Below are positions 1 to 13,899 of a stretch of DNA of 64,000 nucleotides, in pieces. The position numbers and the translations under genes are program-made. The notes under the pieces are model-generated. The model did not search any database. It worked only from the letters and a program-made list of their open reading frames with translations, and was not told the origin of the DNA. Source of the DNA: Paramecium tetraurelia (taxonomy: Eukaryota); NCBI GenBank assembly GCA_000165425.1, contig CT868066.1, positions 62,001 to 126,000 of the forward strand, in the 5' to 3' direction. Position 1 is the stretch's first letter. Each line of letters starts with the position of its first letter.

Positions 1-243
1 TACTAACACTAGAGCAGAATACTCCACTCAAATACTGTGCTATAACCCTCCTCCATTGATAAGTCTAGCAAATCCTTCAAGGATCTTGAATAACTATAAG
101 CCAAAAAAAAAAAAGTAGAATTCAATACTGCCTTGGAAATTGTGGATATCGAAGGAAGGGTTAGTACTGAAATTATTCATCCCGAATAGTAAACCATGCC
201 AAGACAGAAAAGATTCTCGAGACTCAAAACACTGGAATGCTGA
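1..243 (+). CDS. 3' end of a hypothetical protein (5'-partial) with a KKVEF (RVxF-like) motif
   Basis: Frame +1 is open in code 6 from base 1 to TGA 241-243: ...LEQLQAKKKKVEFNTALEIVDIEG...RLKTLEC*. Confidence 0.7.
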
Positions 244-386
244 AATTTAGATATAATTGGTTTTACTTATCATTTAATCAATTATTTTTTTTGCTTGTTT
301 AATAACCCAAAATCAATATCGCAATTCATAAGTTGCATATATAAAATCAAAAAGATAGAAAATATATATTTATTCAATGAAAGAAA

Positions 387-836
387 TCAATATTCATTTT
401 TTAAATATTTCATCTCCAATGGTTCTTTGTCCTTTTAAGATTAAAACACAAACCTTAACGAATCACTGACTGGAAACACCAAAAGCTACTGTTCAACCTA
501 AACTAAATATAGATTCATTTTGTATTCCTCTAAAAATACTTTATGATCTACTCCCTCTGTTTGAATGCATATCGTATCCCAATCAAGTATTTCAATCTTA
601 AGAAATATCTTCTTAATTTTACTCGTTTAGATTTTTATGAAGATATTAAAGATACATACCATAAAACTCACTATTTTTTTACTGTATGTTTTTATAAGAA
701 ACGACTTATAATTCTCACCTTGGATAGGTAACAATTTTAGGTCCAAAAAACTGTAATAAGTTGACAATCTTTTAAGTAGAATGTACATGTTTACTAGCCC
801 AATTTGTTCGTTATTGATGGAAAATATTGTGTACAT
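387..836 (-). CDS. possible hypothetical protein (~149 aa) or decayed gene
   Basis: Track ORF 627..836 reads through TAA (Gln) to TGA at 387-389; no recognisable motif, start uncertain. Confidence 0.3.
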
Positions 837-1178
837 TCCTAATTTGAAAAATTTGTTGGTAATATGATTGGAACGAGAGGAAATAGATCTTAATAATTAC
901 TTTTTGATTAAATTATTTGATATTGATTATTTCTCTTTATGCTTATATTCTTCTAAAATAATTAAACATTTAAATCTTTCGACATTTAGGTTACATATTC
1001 TAATGGAATAATGCTTCAGATTGTTGCTATACCAAACTTCTTCGTTATTCTTTCCCTATATTTGCTCCTTATGTATATAATCGTCGAGTAATTTTTACTC
1101 TAATGTCTTCTTGTCCCTTATACAAAATCGTAAGAATGACCTCAAATTGCATCCTTCACAAAAATTGGGATCGTATGA

Positions 1179-1917
1179 AGGGAACATCTCTATCTGATTA
1201 CTCAAAATGGATCTAAACTGCTTTGTAAAATTTTCTAGAGTGAATTTGAAAAATGGTTTTTAGATGATATTTGGAAGCTACTGTTACCAGATTTGATCTT
1301 TTAAAAAGAGAGTAAATTGCTATCTACTCCATTCTTTAAAGAAATACATAACTATCATTTTAATGGACGCACATAAAATGTTATTGACAATTTAAAATAT
1401 GTTGACGCGAGTACCTATGAAATATTCCATAAAAATGTTGTTAGCCGATTAAAGTACTATTTAGAAACAACCAACATCGAAAACCTACAATATATGTAAG
1501 TGATATTCTAAGTCTGTAAGTGTAATTAGATCGGTAATTTTATCATCATCATGGCCCATATGTGAATATAGGTGTTACAACTTTGAAGAAATCAAGATAA
1601 GATTTTCAAAGAATATAGCTTCTTTTCCGAATTGTGGATATTTGCAGAGAAAAATTAAAGTAAATGCTATCAAGACGATATTGATTAATTTCCAGGCAAG
1701 TCCAGTTTCTAATGAACAGTATAGCCATTCTGAAATGAACTAAAGAACACAAATTACTAAAAAGATAGTTAAAAAGTAGTAATTTGATTTAGTTCTATAC
1801 ATTTCAAATTGGCTTTACTCATACTGTTTTTCCAGAGCGGGATCTTTGAACCTGAGGGTCAATCTATTCATTATATGTGATTTAAATAATCGAATGTAAT
1901 TGGAATACAGTAAATGA
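1179..1917 (+). CDS. hypothetical protein or remnant, 5' end unresolved
   Basis: Open frame SEFEKWFLDDIWKLLLPD... continues via a 25-nt gtaagt..taag intron near 1496-1520 to TGA 1915-1917; in-frame TGA at 1176 and no clean ATG. Confidence 0.35.
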
Positions 1918-1956
1918 TAAAAATTAATTTTATATAATTTTAACATATAACAAATT

Positions 1957-4852
1957 TCAATAATAAGTTGCTTTCTTTTTAGCCTGCTGTTGTGATGAAA
2001 GATTAGTGCCTTCGGATTAATTGATAAGAGATTTGACTCTTACCTTCATAATGCTGAATTAAGGTCCGAATAGACCCAAAAATATTGGCAGTAGGACTAA
2101 ACCCTAGAAGTAGTCTAATAAATAATTACATTAAAAGCTCCCAAAACAACCATCAAAATATACATTCTAAAATAGTAGAGTTTAAAAAGAGTGGATGGAG
2201 CGAATCCAAGTACAGCCACTCCGATAAATTTAGTACAAGCGATGCCAACAAAAACTGAAGTTCCCATTGTAGACATAGCTCCAGTAACTCTTTCCCATCT
2301 TTTACCTTCACATAATCTGAATTTGATAACAATATGAGCTACAAATTCGACAGCCAAACCGATGCAAGTCACCAAGTTGACAACACTTACTGCATTGATT
2401 TCAATCTAAAATAACAATGTATCTTTACAACAAAACCACCAAAAATAACATTGGTTAACCAGATGGTTCCAATGAGATTGAAGGCAATCAGAAACACAAA
2501 TAGCACCACTATAATAGCACAAACAACATCTTAAACAAGTGTCATGGTGAAGAAGATAGTGGCTAAGGCAAGGAGTACATTTGTAATTGCAACTGCACGG
2601 ATGTAAGAATATTAATCGTAGAAAACATAAGGCATTGAATAAGGGTAGACTTTCTGATTATCTTTAAGATTGGCATCTTTAACTACTTTATCAATGACTT
2701 GTCTGGTTTATTCTAAGGATAATATATATCCTGCTGAATTATGAATAGGTCTATGTTGAAATCTCAGTCTACTGGTTTTGACGTAGCCTTATTCATTCAG
2801 TACGATATCAGCCTCAAAGGTTTCACCGCAGATACCGAATCTTTGACAACATGGAGAATTGATTCTGACTCCCAAGAATCGCTTCAATTGAGTAGGTAAA
2901 TCATAGAGTGCAATATCTTAGGTCTCACAAGCTTATGTCCATTCTGCTTTTTCTCTGATAAAGAGATTGAAAGAAGCCACCCAACTGTAAATTGGAGGTT
3001 AAACTGTTTCATTCAATTAAGATAATGAATTGGACAAATTGGCAACCAACTCTAGATCGTGTTGATCTTAATAATCTAGATTCTCTAAAATTAAATAAGC
3101 CAAAGGTCCAATTTCAATGTATTTCTTCTCCAAAGTCATATAATTGAATAGATTAGATCCTTCAACCATGGATACTTATTCATCTAAGCCAACTCCTAAT
3201 TTGGTTACTCCAACACAACTAATGGTAAATGAGGCTACAAAGATGACTATTGTAGTAATCACACAGACTGGTTTCTATATGAATGGAGAGTAATGTTTTT
3301 TGAAGAATGTTTGAATCAGTTTTCTGTCTTCTTTGATTGCGTAGTTTGGGTCCTATTTGCAAATCATTAAATCGTATCTTTTATGTTTTTTTCTTTATTC
3401 ATCCAAAGTAAGGAAGGCAACAAACATAGTGATTTATAAAAGATAATCTATAAATACACCTACTGCTGCTTAAATGCAGAAGGATTGCAAGGCTGGCATC
3501 TTGGTTAAAGATCCAACTAAGAATGCGAGAGTCTCACAAATAGCTGCAATAGTTATACTGGGACCTACTTACTTTAATGTTTGTCCCATTCTCTCAGGCA
3601 CTGTTGGATGCTTCTACTTTTTGTAATTGTGTGTAATAATAAACATGTTATCAACTCCGATAGCCAAAATAAGAAACGGAATAACCTTATATTATTATAA
3701 ATTCACTTACTTCCAAACTGATCATAGTCAAACCGATGCTGAAATAGGATACCATTCCGATACTGCTGATCATGGAGACAGCCACAATGAAGATACCACC
3801 CAAACCCAATGTAAATCCATTATAGATCTTACTTGGAAATTGACCAATTGCAAATCCAATATACATAAACATCATAAAGTAGGAAACCACAACAATCCAA
3901 GCATTCTGATTAGTCTCATCATCAATTTCATCTGAGACTGATCTCTCTGCCATAAAAGCTACTCTATATTGGTCTAACAGTTATTCTCGAGGAGCAGGCA
4001 TTAAAGTTTTATCGTAGTACTTGTATAGTTTAGCATAATCTCTTTTATTCAAGGCATCCAAAGTATCCATCCAGACTTCCTTCTCCCACAATTCCGCATC
4101 TTTCTTGGTAAATTCATCGTTCATCAATAAATAAGTTACTGCCATAGTCTTGGCTTGTATGTAACAATGGTCACATGGCTGGGTATCGTTTGCTCTTTCT
4201 TCACAATCTCTAGTTTTGTTCATACATCATTATTATACATTCCACCAAACACTGATTCCAAAATAATGGGAATACCGTTCTTATCACTGCATGGGATGTT
4301 CGTTTGGTTCACATCAATTGATTCTGTGCAAAGTGTTGTAAATTGAATGTCATCGTCTTTCTATTATAATAATACCATTATTAAACATCTAATAGTGAAG
4401 GATCCTGCAACCAAATATCCATCGGGCTTGGTACGTAACATCCTTTTGCAGATATTGGTCTGTAGCACAAATCGTCCAGAGTTGTGTTCTTGCCTCCTAT
4501 CAACACTTTTCTGTTTCTTATGATGTTCTATAAAAAGTAGATCACTTTTAGTCCATCCTTTTGGAATACATTCACCCAGTCCTCATTCTAGTATGCCAGT
4601 ATAAATTAATTGGTTCTATAGAAAGGACCATAATTTTCTGCAGAACTCTCCTGCTCCTGGTAGGTTCTACTGCTTGATGATACCCACAATGCTGAAAAAT
4701 ATATTGTTCAATATTTTACACTATGGGTCGGTCAGCACAGTCAGATTGTATAGTCCCAGAGACATTATACCTGTTACTGTCATGCAAATCACAAAGACAA
4801 GGCATGGATACTTGGCTCCGAAATAGCCTATATTGTAGAAGAGGCCAGACAT
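1957..4852 (-). CDS. NPC1: Niemann-Pick C1/Patched-family sterol transporter lacking the luminal N-terminal domain
   Basis: TDPQ.LWV..SSR...ENYGPFYRTNQ; sterol-sensing domain LGLGGIFIV...SLEVIPFLILAIGVDNMFII; C-terminal VNLVTCIGLAVEFVAHI, GTSVFVGIACTKFIGVAVLGFAPS.LFKLYYFRMY; several ~25-nt introns. Confidence 0.93.
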
Positions 4853-5145
4853 TAAATCTTGTTAAAATAATATTATTGAGAATATTATTATTCAGAAATT
4901 CCGATTTTAATTTAATGGTATTCCACATCTTCTTTGATTGTGCAATGCACCATTTATGATCATTTCATTTACTAATTAATTGGGAGCTATTAAAAATACG
5001 TTCTGTAATTCTTATAATTCATACTACCTATCTTATAATATAAATCAGATTAATTTTCAGTGCTTAGCTTTTAGTTGGTTTGGTTAAATTATAACAAATA
5101 ATAAAAGTCATCATATATGAAGACACTTTCTAATTAATTAAATTG

Positions 5146-6398
5146 ATGATCTGTAAAAGAAGGAAATGTCTTTTTGATTAGCATTATTTTCTTTACTTAA
5201 CTGAAAATTCAATCCAAATAGGGAAAGTATGTTAAATAAATCTCACCCTTAGGATTAGAACAACATCAAATATGAAATCACAATTGGACTAGCCACAATT
5301 TTGGAATGGAAATTAGATTAGCACAAACAATTCAAAGGATTCACCATTGAAATCGCCAAGAAAGAGAAATATTTTCTCATTTCTCATCTAGATTGTGTGT
5401 TTCTGAAAGACAAGCTGGATAGCAAAGTAGTTTATAAGAATATCAATACCTTTTACAAACCATAAACCATTATTGGAGAAGGCAACTTTGGGAAGGTAAG
5501 CAGAAACAATTTATTATAGGTCCTGCTCATTAAGAATACACAAGATGGAAAAATGTATGCAACCAAGACCTTGAGAAACGACCTGATGACTTCTTTGGAT
5601 GTAATGAATTTTGTATTTACAACTAGGACATTCAAGATGAAATAGCAGCGTTGTAATCATTAAAACATCGAAATGTCGTTTAGTTAAAGAGTATATTCTA
5701 GCACAAGAAATATTGGCTATTGATAATGGAGTATTGCGAAGGAGGTTAATTAAAAGAATATTTGGAAAACCATTCTTTGGATAACTCCGAAATTATTGCA
5801 GTAATGTGTGTAAGAGTATTTCGCTACCTTAGTAATTGCTCTCTGGCTTAGCCTATATACATAACTAAGGCTTCGTTCACAGAGATATCAAGCCTGAGAA
5901 TATTTTGTTGAGAAAAAAGGATTCATTAATTGATATTGTGATTTCTGATTTTGGATTCGCAGTGAAGATCGACGATGTATCCACTAACAGACCAAGATGT
6001 GGTACTCCTGGATATATTGCTCCGGAAATAATTACATTTGATCAAAAACACAATTACAATGAATTATGTGATATGTTCAGTTGTGGCGTTGTACTGTTTA
6101 GATTGTAAGATGTCCATATCTACTGTCTAGAATAACAGGAAAGAATTTGTTATAGGAAAACAGCAATTAAATTATTGACCAACAATTTATAGGAGATCTA
6201 AGTGAAGTGATAAAGTAAGAGATATAGGGAGAGTTCGGCAGAATCTTACTTTAGATGTTGGAATTGGATCCAAGTAAAAGAATAACAGCAGAATAGGCCT
6301 TGAAGTATTTTGAGGATTTCGATGATATGAAACTATATCAAGAGACTCCAATATAATAGTTAAAACATTTAGCAGTCCATTTTCTATTTGTTAATTGA
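5146..6398 (+). CDS. Ser/Thr protein kinase (CAMK-like) with an N-terminal extension
   Basis: IGEGNFGKV, YATK, HRDIKPEN, SDFG, CGTPGYIAPE, CDMFSCGV, DPSKRITAEQAL; several tiny introns; start and stop approximate. Confidence 0.88.
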
Positions 6399-7591
6399 TA
6401 CTATCTGTACTAACAACGATTAAACATCTACAATTAATTTAAACTATATAGTTCATTTCAATGAACACTAAAAGGAATAATTAAAAAAAATTCAGTTTTT
6501 TCAACTTTCCGAAACCAATATGTTTTTGAAATTTTATATAGATAATCTTTTTTAAAATAGCAGAAGTCTAACAATAATTCTTTATTATTTAAAATCTCTG
6601 ACTACTAAACCAAATAATTTCACAAATATTTATGCAAAGTATAATTGAATTTTTATAATTATTCAATATTAATATGAATAGGGAGTTGTTAATATTGTTT
6701 ATTTATTAGTATTCTTAATTGATTAATACATATATGCAAAATACAGCAATTATGTGTAATTTACATATCGATATAAATTATTTTAATTCAATTTGAATCC
6801 GTTTTTTCTCTTGTCAAACCAATTCTTTAAATTATAAATTAAATAGCCAAATTATTCTGAAATTTTTTTTAATGTATTATTTGTTATTTGTGTTTTTTCT
6901 TTTTTCTCAATCTTCCAATCTTCATCATGCCTATCAATTTAGAAATTGTATTTAACTACCAAAATAATTTAATTTGAAATCAAATGTGTTCTAATTATAA
7001 GTTGATACTTTAATATTTTCACTATTATTGAAATCTTATAAAGATGATTTTTTTCATTTTCACAAGCATTCTACCTATAAATTATTAGTATATCTGTAAA
7101 ATATTTCCAACTTATTTTTATTATTCATTTTCAAATTATGATAAACTCAAATCAAACATCAAATTATAGATATAAAATATAAAGAATTTCTTACCTCACA
7201 GAAATCGATAGAAATATGAGTTTTGTTTTATCATAGAGAAAAATAATTTATTGAATTCTAAGATTTCTCAGAAGTGGATAAAATCTATAGAAAATTAGAT
7301 TAAATATTAGTATAATAAACAATTTAATGCACTACTAACTTACAATAAAATAAGGATACTATTACTACTTTGTTTTATTCGATCATCATATATCCACAAG
7401 AAACATTAATATTCATTCTCATTGAATTATGTTGAATTATATTGAATTACATTTCATTAAAATTGTTTACACTCAGCCTTTTGTTTAATTCATACTTAAA
7501 GAAATCTATAATAATTTTAGAGGATTTGATTGAATTAATAGAGATGCAAGAGAATCTTGTATTTTGAAAAACTATTAATAAATTAAATTTA

Positions 7592-9316
7592 ATGAACTAT
7601 TTATAAATTTCTTTGATCGTCTATTTTGTTTTTAGAGGCTCTTCAACAGCATTCACTATCACAGAGATCAATGAGCCACCATTATTAATCAAAATGCATC
7701 CTAATTAGCATAGAACTATCACATTTGATGATGCTCGAGATGCAATTCTTTAATCATTTAATCAAAGCAAATGTTGCGAAGTCACTTCACTGCAGGTTTA
7801 ATTTGAAACCTAAGAATTCAGAATCATTTAGCATCAAGATTTTAAGGAAAGTGATTTCTAACTAGACGGTGTTCTCAACTTTCGTTAATTTGTTTCAATG
7901 ATTCATATAAAAGATGGAATGTTAGCAATTACTTCTGATTCAATTGCATACATCCTGAAATTTAATTACGATAGGGTTTTCGTACATGATTTTGAAGAGA
8001 AAGGTTAATAGTTTGCTAGGATTCGATTGAAGGCAGACCTATAAACGATTGCCCCATCATTGGTTGCTAAAAATGAAATGCCACAATTATTATTTGCACC
8101 TTCTACTAATCTAGTTTTTTTGTTGTTTAGTGATAGTGCTCAAGTGTTTAGTATGCAATAAATGGAATAGTAAGCTGATTCACTTGATGTGTATTAAATA
8201 AATGATTGGAGAAGAAGAAAGTAGAGAGGATTGACAAAGGAAATAGATGGCTTAGTATTTAGTGTTGTTGGAAGAGATGGTTTAGATGTCTATAAGATTG
8301 TACAGAAGGATCTAAAGTTCCTTAAGAATTTGAAGTTCGATACTCTTGGTTTGAATTACTCAATAGATATTGCTGATTTCGCTATTTTGAAGCATGGAAC
8401 AAAGGAGAATCTTTATTCAATGTTTTTATTGGATAGAAATTGTGGTTTATTTTTGATAGATGTTTTTAGAGATTAATCTATTAGTTTTGGATTAAGATCT
8501 TGGATTAGTGAATAATCAGGTGGGATATCAGTGGACACTCGAAATGGTCGAAATGTATTTATGGCCTATTAATCTCTGAATCATTATTATGTACTTGAAT
8601 TCAATGTTGATTTAGATAATGGAAATAGCTTTATAATTAGGATAAAGCAAATTAATCATCGTGTCATTGATTTGGATGCCACAGAAGACTTTGTCATTGT
8701 TTAAGGAGTGAATTAGCATATGATTTTATTTGCAAATGGGTATGATTATGTAATGAATCATCATCAAGATTAAATATTCAAACATTTGGGTTTACGAGAC
8801 TTCGCGTTTTTTAATCAATCCTACAAATTGGATGACATGGACGATATCACCAAAAAATACTATTATGATGACTTCTTCTTTGGAATCACTGCCTAAAGTG
8901 CTTTTCTTACCCGTTTTTAGATAGACCCAATCAAATTGAAGTGTCTCTATTCCTAATCTGATGGTACAGTAATTGATATTATTTAAGTTGGCCAAACCTT
9001 CACATACACTCTCCAATACAACAGTACACTCGATAATATTTAAGATTTAGTAGTGAGACACACTCAAATTGTGAATGTGGAAGTGGTGAAGACATACTTC
9101 TATGAAGAAGAGTAATACTTAATATTTTTCATTGTTGTTTTGTTGGGATTGATACTGATTGTGGGATTGGGATGTGCATGCTAATGGTATTTGAATAATA
9201 AAAGAGAGTATCAAATTTTGGTAGAATATGTTTAGAAAAGTGCTCGAGATAAAGGAATCAAGTAGGAAGACTAAACTTCAGTATTTTAATAAAAAAATAA
9301 GTCATTTTTACAATGA
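7592..9316 (+). CDS. type I membrane protein (~570 aa): signal peptide, beta-rich ectodomain, one C-terminal TM helix
   Basis: Continuous code-6 frame from MNYLQISLIVYFVFRGSSTA to TGA 9314-9316; TM YLIFFIVVLLGLILIVGLGCAC. Confidence 0.85.
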
Positions 9317-9322
9317 TAAATT

Positions 9323-10919
9323 TCAAAAACTATATAACTCATTTAATTTAAAATTTAGTTAGCCTTGATAATCTGATGTTTACTTTTTCTCATATATCAA
9401 GGAGAAATCTATATTCGTATTTCCATTCATTATTTTACTTCTAGTTAAGCACATCTCCATCATGTAATCTAATAAACAAAATATATCATTCTCCTTTGCA
9501 CTTTGCAACACTTATTTTGAAATGCTAATCACTCTCTCTTTGATTATCTTTTCAACTGAAATTAATTGATTTAATGCTAAATCTCCTCCTTCTATAAATT
9601 AAGAAAACTCAGTTGACAATCTAAGATTGGACAGCAAACCTATTCTATCAAAGTACAGCATTGTGTTATTAAATAATTCTGATGCCAACTGACTCTCCTA
9701 TTACATCTGACTAATAAATCGTATGTACTCAGCTGTCTTTTTGTACTATTCGAATAACGAGAGAATGTTAGACTACAGCAATTTAAATGAGTTGGCTATG
9801 AATTTTGCTGATAACAAACAAAGCAATTCGAACTACATTTCCTTCTTTTAATGTTGAGTAATTGTGGAAATATGCTGAGTCATTTCCACGTTAACAAAAT
9901 GAGAAAAATTGATCTACATCCTCTATAAGTTATAGTTATTCAATTGACTTTGAAATCTTTGGAATGACGCATCACTCTATTATAGTTATTGAGGTTGAAT
10001 TTGAGGTTATGGTTGTTCCAAAATGTAACTACCACTCATATTTACATTAAATTAAATGGTTTCTTAATTCTTCTTTACTTATTCAAACATGCTGAATAAT
10101 TCTGCCCACTCCATTCGCTTGCTCTCCTCCTTCTCCAAAGCTCTACTTAAAAAGTTCTTTCCGAACTCAGACAATTAAGTGCCCCCTGGAAATCGCAAAG
10201 GTTGCTTCATCACATTATTAGTCAAACTCTTCTCATCCACTCCCGACCAAGGAGCCATACCAAATACCATCTCATAATAGATTATTCCCAATGACCAGAT
10301 ATCTGATTTTGTTGTATACTTTTCTCTCTTCAAAATTTGAGGAGCCATGTATAATGGAGACCCAACACAAGTTCTTAATAATTCCCCACTAAAATTGTCA
10401 ACTATTTTTGCAAATCCAAAATCCGCAATCTTTACTACTCCTCTATGATTCATAATATTGGCTGGCTTCAAATCTCGATGTATGATGTTTGCCTTTACCA
10501 ATTCCTTAAATCCACTTGCCAATTAACTGAAAATCTAGTTAACTTCAGATTCTGGAATACGCCTTCCCTTCATTATATTTCTCAGATCTCCATCTGCACA
10601 ATATTCTGTGACTATGTAGATTGAGCGATCGGTATTAAATTTATCTATAAACTTCACAATATTAGGATGATCAAGTTACTTCATTATTTGGATCTCAAAG
10701 TCTAAAACATTTTCATTCTACATAGATACTTAATGCATCAATTAAATATTGATCCTTATTGATCATTGAGCTATCTATTTTTTTAATAGCTACTTCCTAG
10801 TTTGTAGTCAATTTACTCCCTCTATAAACCTTTCCAAATGCCCCTTCTCCCAAAAGATATTTCGTATCAAATTAATAATCTCCTAACCTTCTTACACTTT
10901 ATTCAAATTACTATTGCAT
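9323..10919 (-). CDS. Ser/Thr protein kinase, ULK-like, with a C-terminal helical tail
   Basis: LGEGAFGKVY, VAIK, HRDLKPAN, ADFG, GSPLYMAPQ, SDIWSLG; 28-nt intron near 10702-10729. Confidence 0.92.
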
Positions 10920-11382
10920 AATCAATTATAATTTAAATAATCATTTCTATAAAAATTCATTGCTTTCTCGCTAATAAACCTTTCTAGTCCTTCATGTGTT
11001 CACTCAACTATGCCTCTGGTGGTGGATTCGGATTAAATTGTCCTCAAATCCTTTCAATTATCTAATTGTATTGCCCAATTCGTAGAATCTTCTCTCACGT
11101 CTTTAACCTCAGACTTATCCATTCCTTTTGTGTATCCATCTCTTCAAATTAAGAGTGCTTTGTTCATACTATTGATTAGATCTAATTCATTCCAGTAATA
11201 AGGTATATTTATGTTATCTTATCTTATTTTATAAAATATTAATCTAGAGATCTATAATCATATCTCTAGTTGATAAAAATTTAATCCAATTCGCTATTTA
11301 AAATTTACTGAATTTTAGTTAATAATTTTGTTAAAATGTAAATTAAGATTAAATAATTGAATTGAAAGAAAATAATAAAAGA

Positions 11383-12870
11383 TCATGATAAATCAATATG
11401 CTTTAGACTTCTTGCATTCATCTCATTTAGTTGAAATGGTATATAGATTTACGAATTTAAATTGAACGAAATTTTGAATTGTTCAATTTGTTAACAAGAA
11501 CTAATCAATTAAATGTAATCTGATATTTATTTTAATGCTCTTTTTACTTTTTCTATTTCAAAATTACTTGATATTGATAGCTATTTCTAACTAGTCTCCT
11601 CATTAGTAAATGTAATTGAAAGACATGGCCCTTTTGAATTTTCCGCTAAAATCAACATAATCAACAAAAATATATTAGAAATCGTATTTAAATTACTTTT
11701 CCCATTAACAAAAGCTTTAACTGACAGATGAGAATACAAATTGTGTAAGATGCGTGCTAAAGTATAGACGCTTACCTCACTTTCACGTAGCTTTGAGTGT
11801 CTAAGATCTTCGTACAACTGTAGAATTAAGAGTTTTCTTTCCAGGAGACGGCATTTAAATGATGATAGCTTATCAAAATGACCTAAGATCTTAAGAAGGA
11901 GTCTTATAAAATTTTTATGCCTCAACTCGTAGATTGAAGTGTCTGGTTTTTATTCATTTAGGAAATCTCTCATAAGAAGTAGTATTGTTGGCTTGTTTCC
12001 ATAATAAATGGAGCATTCAATTCTTATCATTTTTCTTAGGTATTCTACGACTAAGGTCTTGTTGAAAACGGATGCTCTATCTATGCGATACTTCTGAATT
12101 TGTGTAAATAAGAAAGCCTCCAATTTATTTCCCTTGTATACTGAATCTCTTATAAAAGTTGAGCCATCAAATTATTTTTTAAAAAATTTCTGACATTGGG
12201 CTTCCGATTTAAGTGTAAATTGCAGTGTATCTTCTATGAAAGATAACACGAGGTAGGGTTGTTTAAATGCAATTGAATTTAGGATTTTTTCCCAATGAGA
12301 ATCGTTTAGTGTGAATAGGTATTGATTACGCATTGCTTTATGATAATGATACAAGTAGCGAATCACACAAAAGATGACAAGTACTGAACTAATGATGGTG
12401 GAGAACTACATATAGTTGGCTTGGATTCTAACTAATATAATTCTCATCACACTCATCGTTATGGCAGAGATGGCTGCGTCCATAAACTCGCCTGATATGA
12501 ACATCAAGAAGTTTGCACCCATAACATTGACTCCCTTTAAGTAATTGTTATAGGAATCCTCTTATTCTGATATTTAGAGACTAAAAATGAGAGTCAACAT
12601 GTGATTCAATAATATTATAGCAATTCGTATAGACTTTTTGTATTTCTTGCCGATTCCATATTGGACTAGCAAATAGCAAATAAAAATGCAATATCTAGAA
12701 ATAAATCGATATTCCTCTACTAAAATGTTCTCTACAATTTTCATTACCACAACAGTAAGAAGTCCAAATGTTACTATATTGAATGTAAACATTCTAAAGC
12801 TTTGTTAAATAGCGGTTTGATAGCTAGATTCAATCTCTTTATCTTTGAAATTTAATGTATATTTATTCAT
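11383..12870 (-). CDS. multi-pass membrane protein (495 aa), receiver-less degenerate histidine-kinase-like; paralog of 26985..28466
   Basis: Uninterrupted code-6 frame joining three track ORFs; MNKYTLNFKDKEIESSYQ, about 6 hydrophobic segments, HKAMRNQYLFTLNDSHWEKIL, PAS-like end IRIECSIYYGNKPTILLLMRD. Confidence 0.82.
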
Positions 12871-13410
12871 AATTGGATAAAATATTAAATATGAAAATGA
12901 ATAAAATAATTAAAATTTAGTAAATGCATATGAGTGAAAATAATAAAGAACTCAAAAACTTACCAATTGAAATTATCATACCGTCAAATAATTTGATTAT
13001 AAATTTAGCTATTCCTGTAGAAAACATTTGATATGCATTCGTTTATTTATTTGATATTAAGATATTTCTACAATTAAATTACGATTCTCAATATCCAATG
13101 TTATTCCTTTGAGTTTGAGGTTCGGAGTTAATCTAATTAAGAAGATATCATAATTTTGAAAATTCATAAAATTATTTTAATTGTCTAGCTCCCCTTGGAG
13201 AATATACTATATTATCAATAAAATGGAGACTTATAACGAAACTACTCGTCTCTAATGACATCATAGTTTAATGACATATTATAATTCTTAATCTAATAAT
13301 TATTGTGTTTATTTTTTTATCAATATTACTATTCGTTCTTAGAAATTCTCTCATAAGGGAACTATATGCATACTAACTCTTATGAAATTTAATAATGCAA
13401 CTCTTGATAT

Positions 13411-13752
13411 TCAGGTAGGTAATATTTCTATTGAAATACTTATTGGAATCGTACTTGAAATATTTGTTTTTTAGTCCTCTTCAGTATGATATTCTGAGTT
13501 CCACTGACATAAATTCTAAAATTAATTGATATTTAGTTTTTCTCCGAATATTTACAGGTGTATTTTAATCTTAGAATTCTTGGGCTTAGTATAATGTCTC
13601 CTTTTCCTATTTTATTACCCTAAGAAGATATCGATATTCTGATACAAATAAGCAAAATTTCTTCATTCTCCCAGAACCCCAATTTTGAGTTGAATTATCT
13701 TCTATTATAACATTTTATACGAGATAAATTCCTTATTAATCAAGTAATGCAT
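13411..13752 (-). CDS. possible small hypothetical protein (113 aa)
   Basis: ATG-to-TGA open frame in code 6 (MHYLINKEF...IEILPT*); no motif; could be chance in AT-rich DNA. Confidence 0.25.
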
Positions 13753-13899
13753 AGCAGTTTTAATCAAATTATAGTTCCAAATTAGGTTAGCATGTTATTT
13801 TGCCTATTTTAATTATATTTTAATAAACTTAATTGATATTGAAATGGCAATAAGAAACTCTCATTATTTTAAATTGTAAAGCAATAATCTTAATTAACC

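Noticed and set aside
6400..7590. Long AT-rich spacer as a retained IES or transposon
   Set aside because: No terminal inverted repeats or transposase fragments seen; IES status cannot be judged without germline reads
10930..11200. Minus-strand protein-like frame with three in-frame TGAs (TGA recoding or mitochondrial insert)
   Set aside because: No recognisable homology or SECIS, and it also contains an in-frame TAA; more simply a decayed gene or chance
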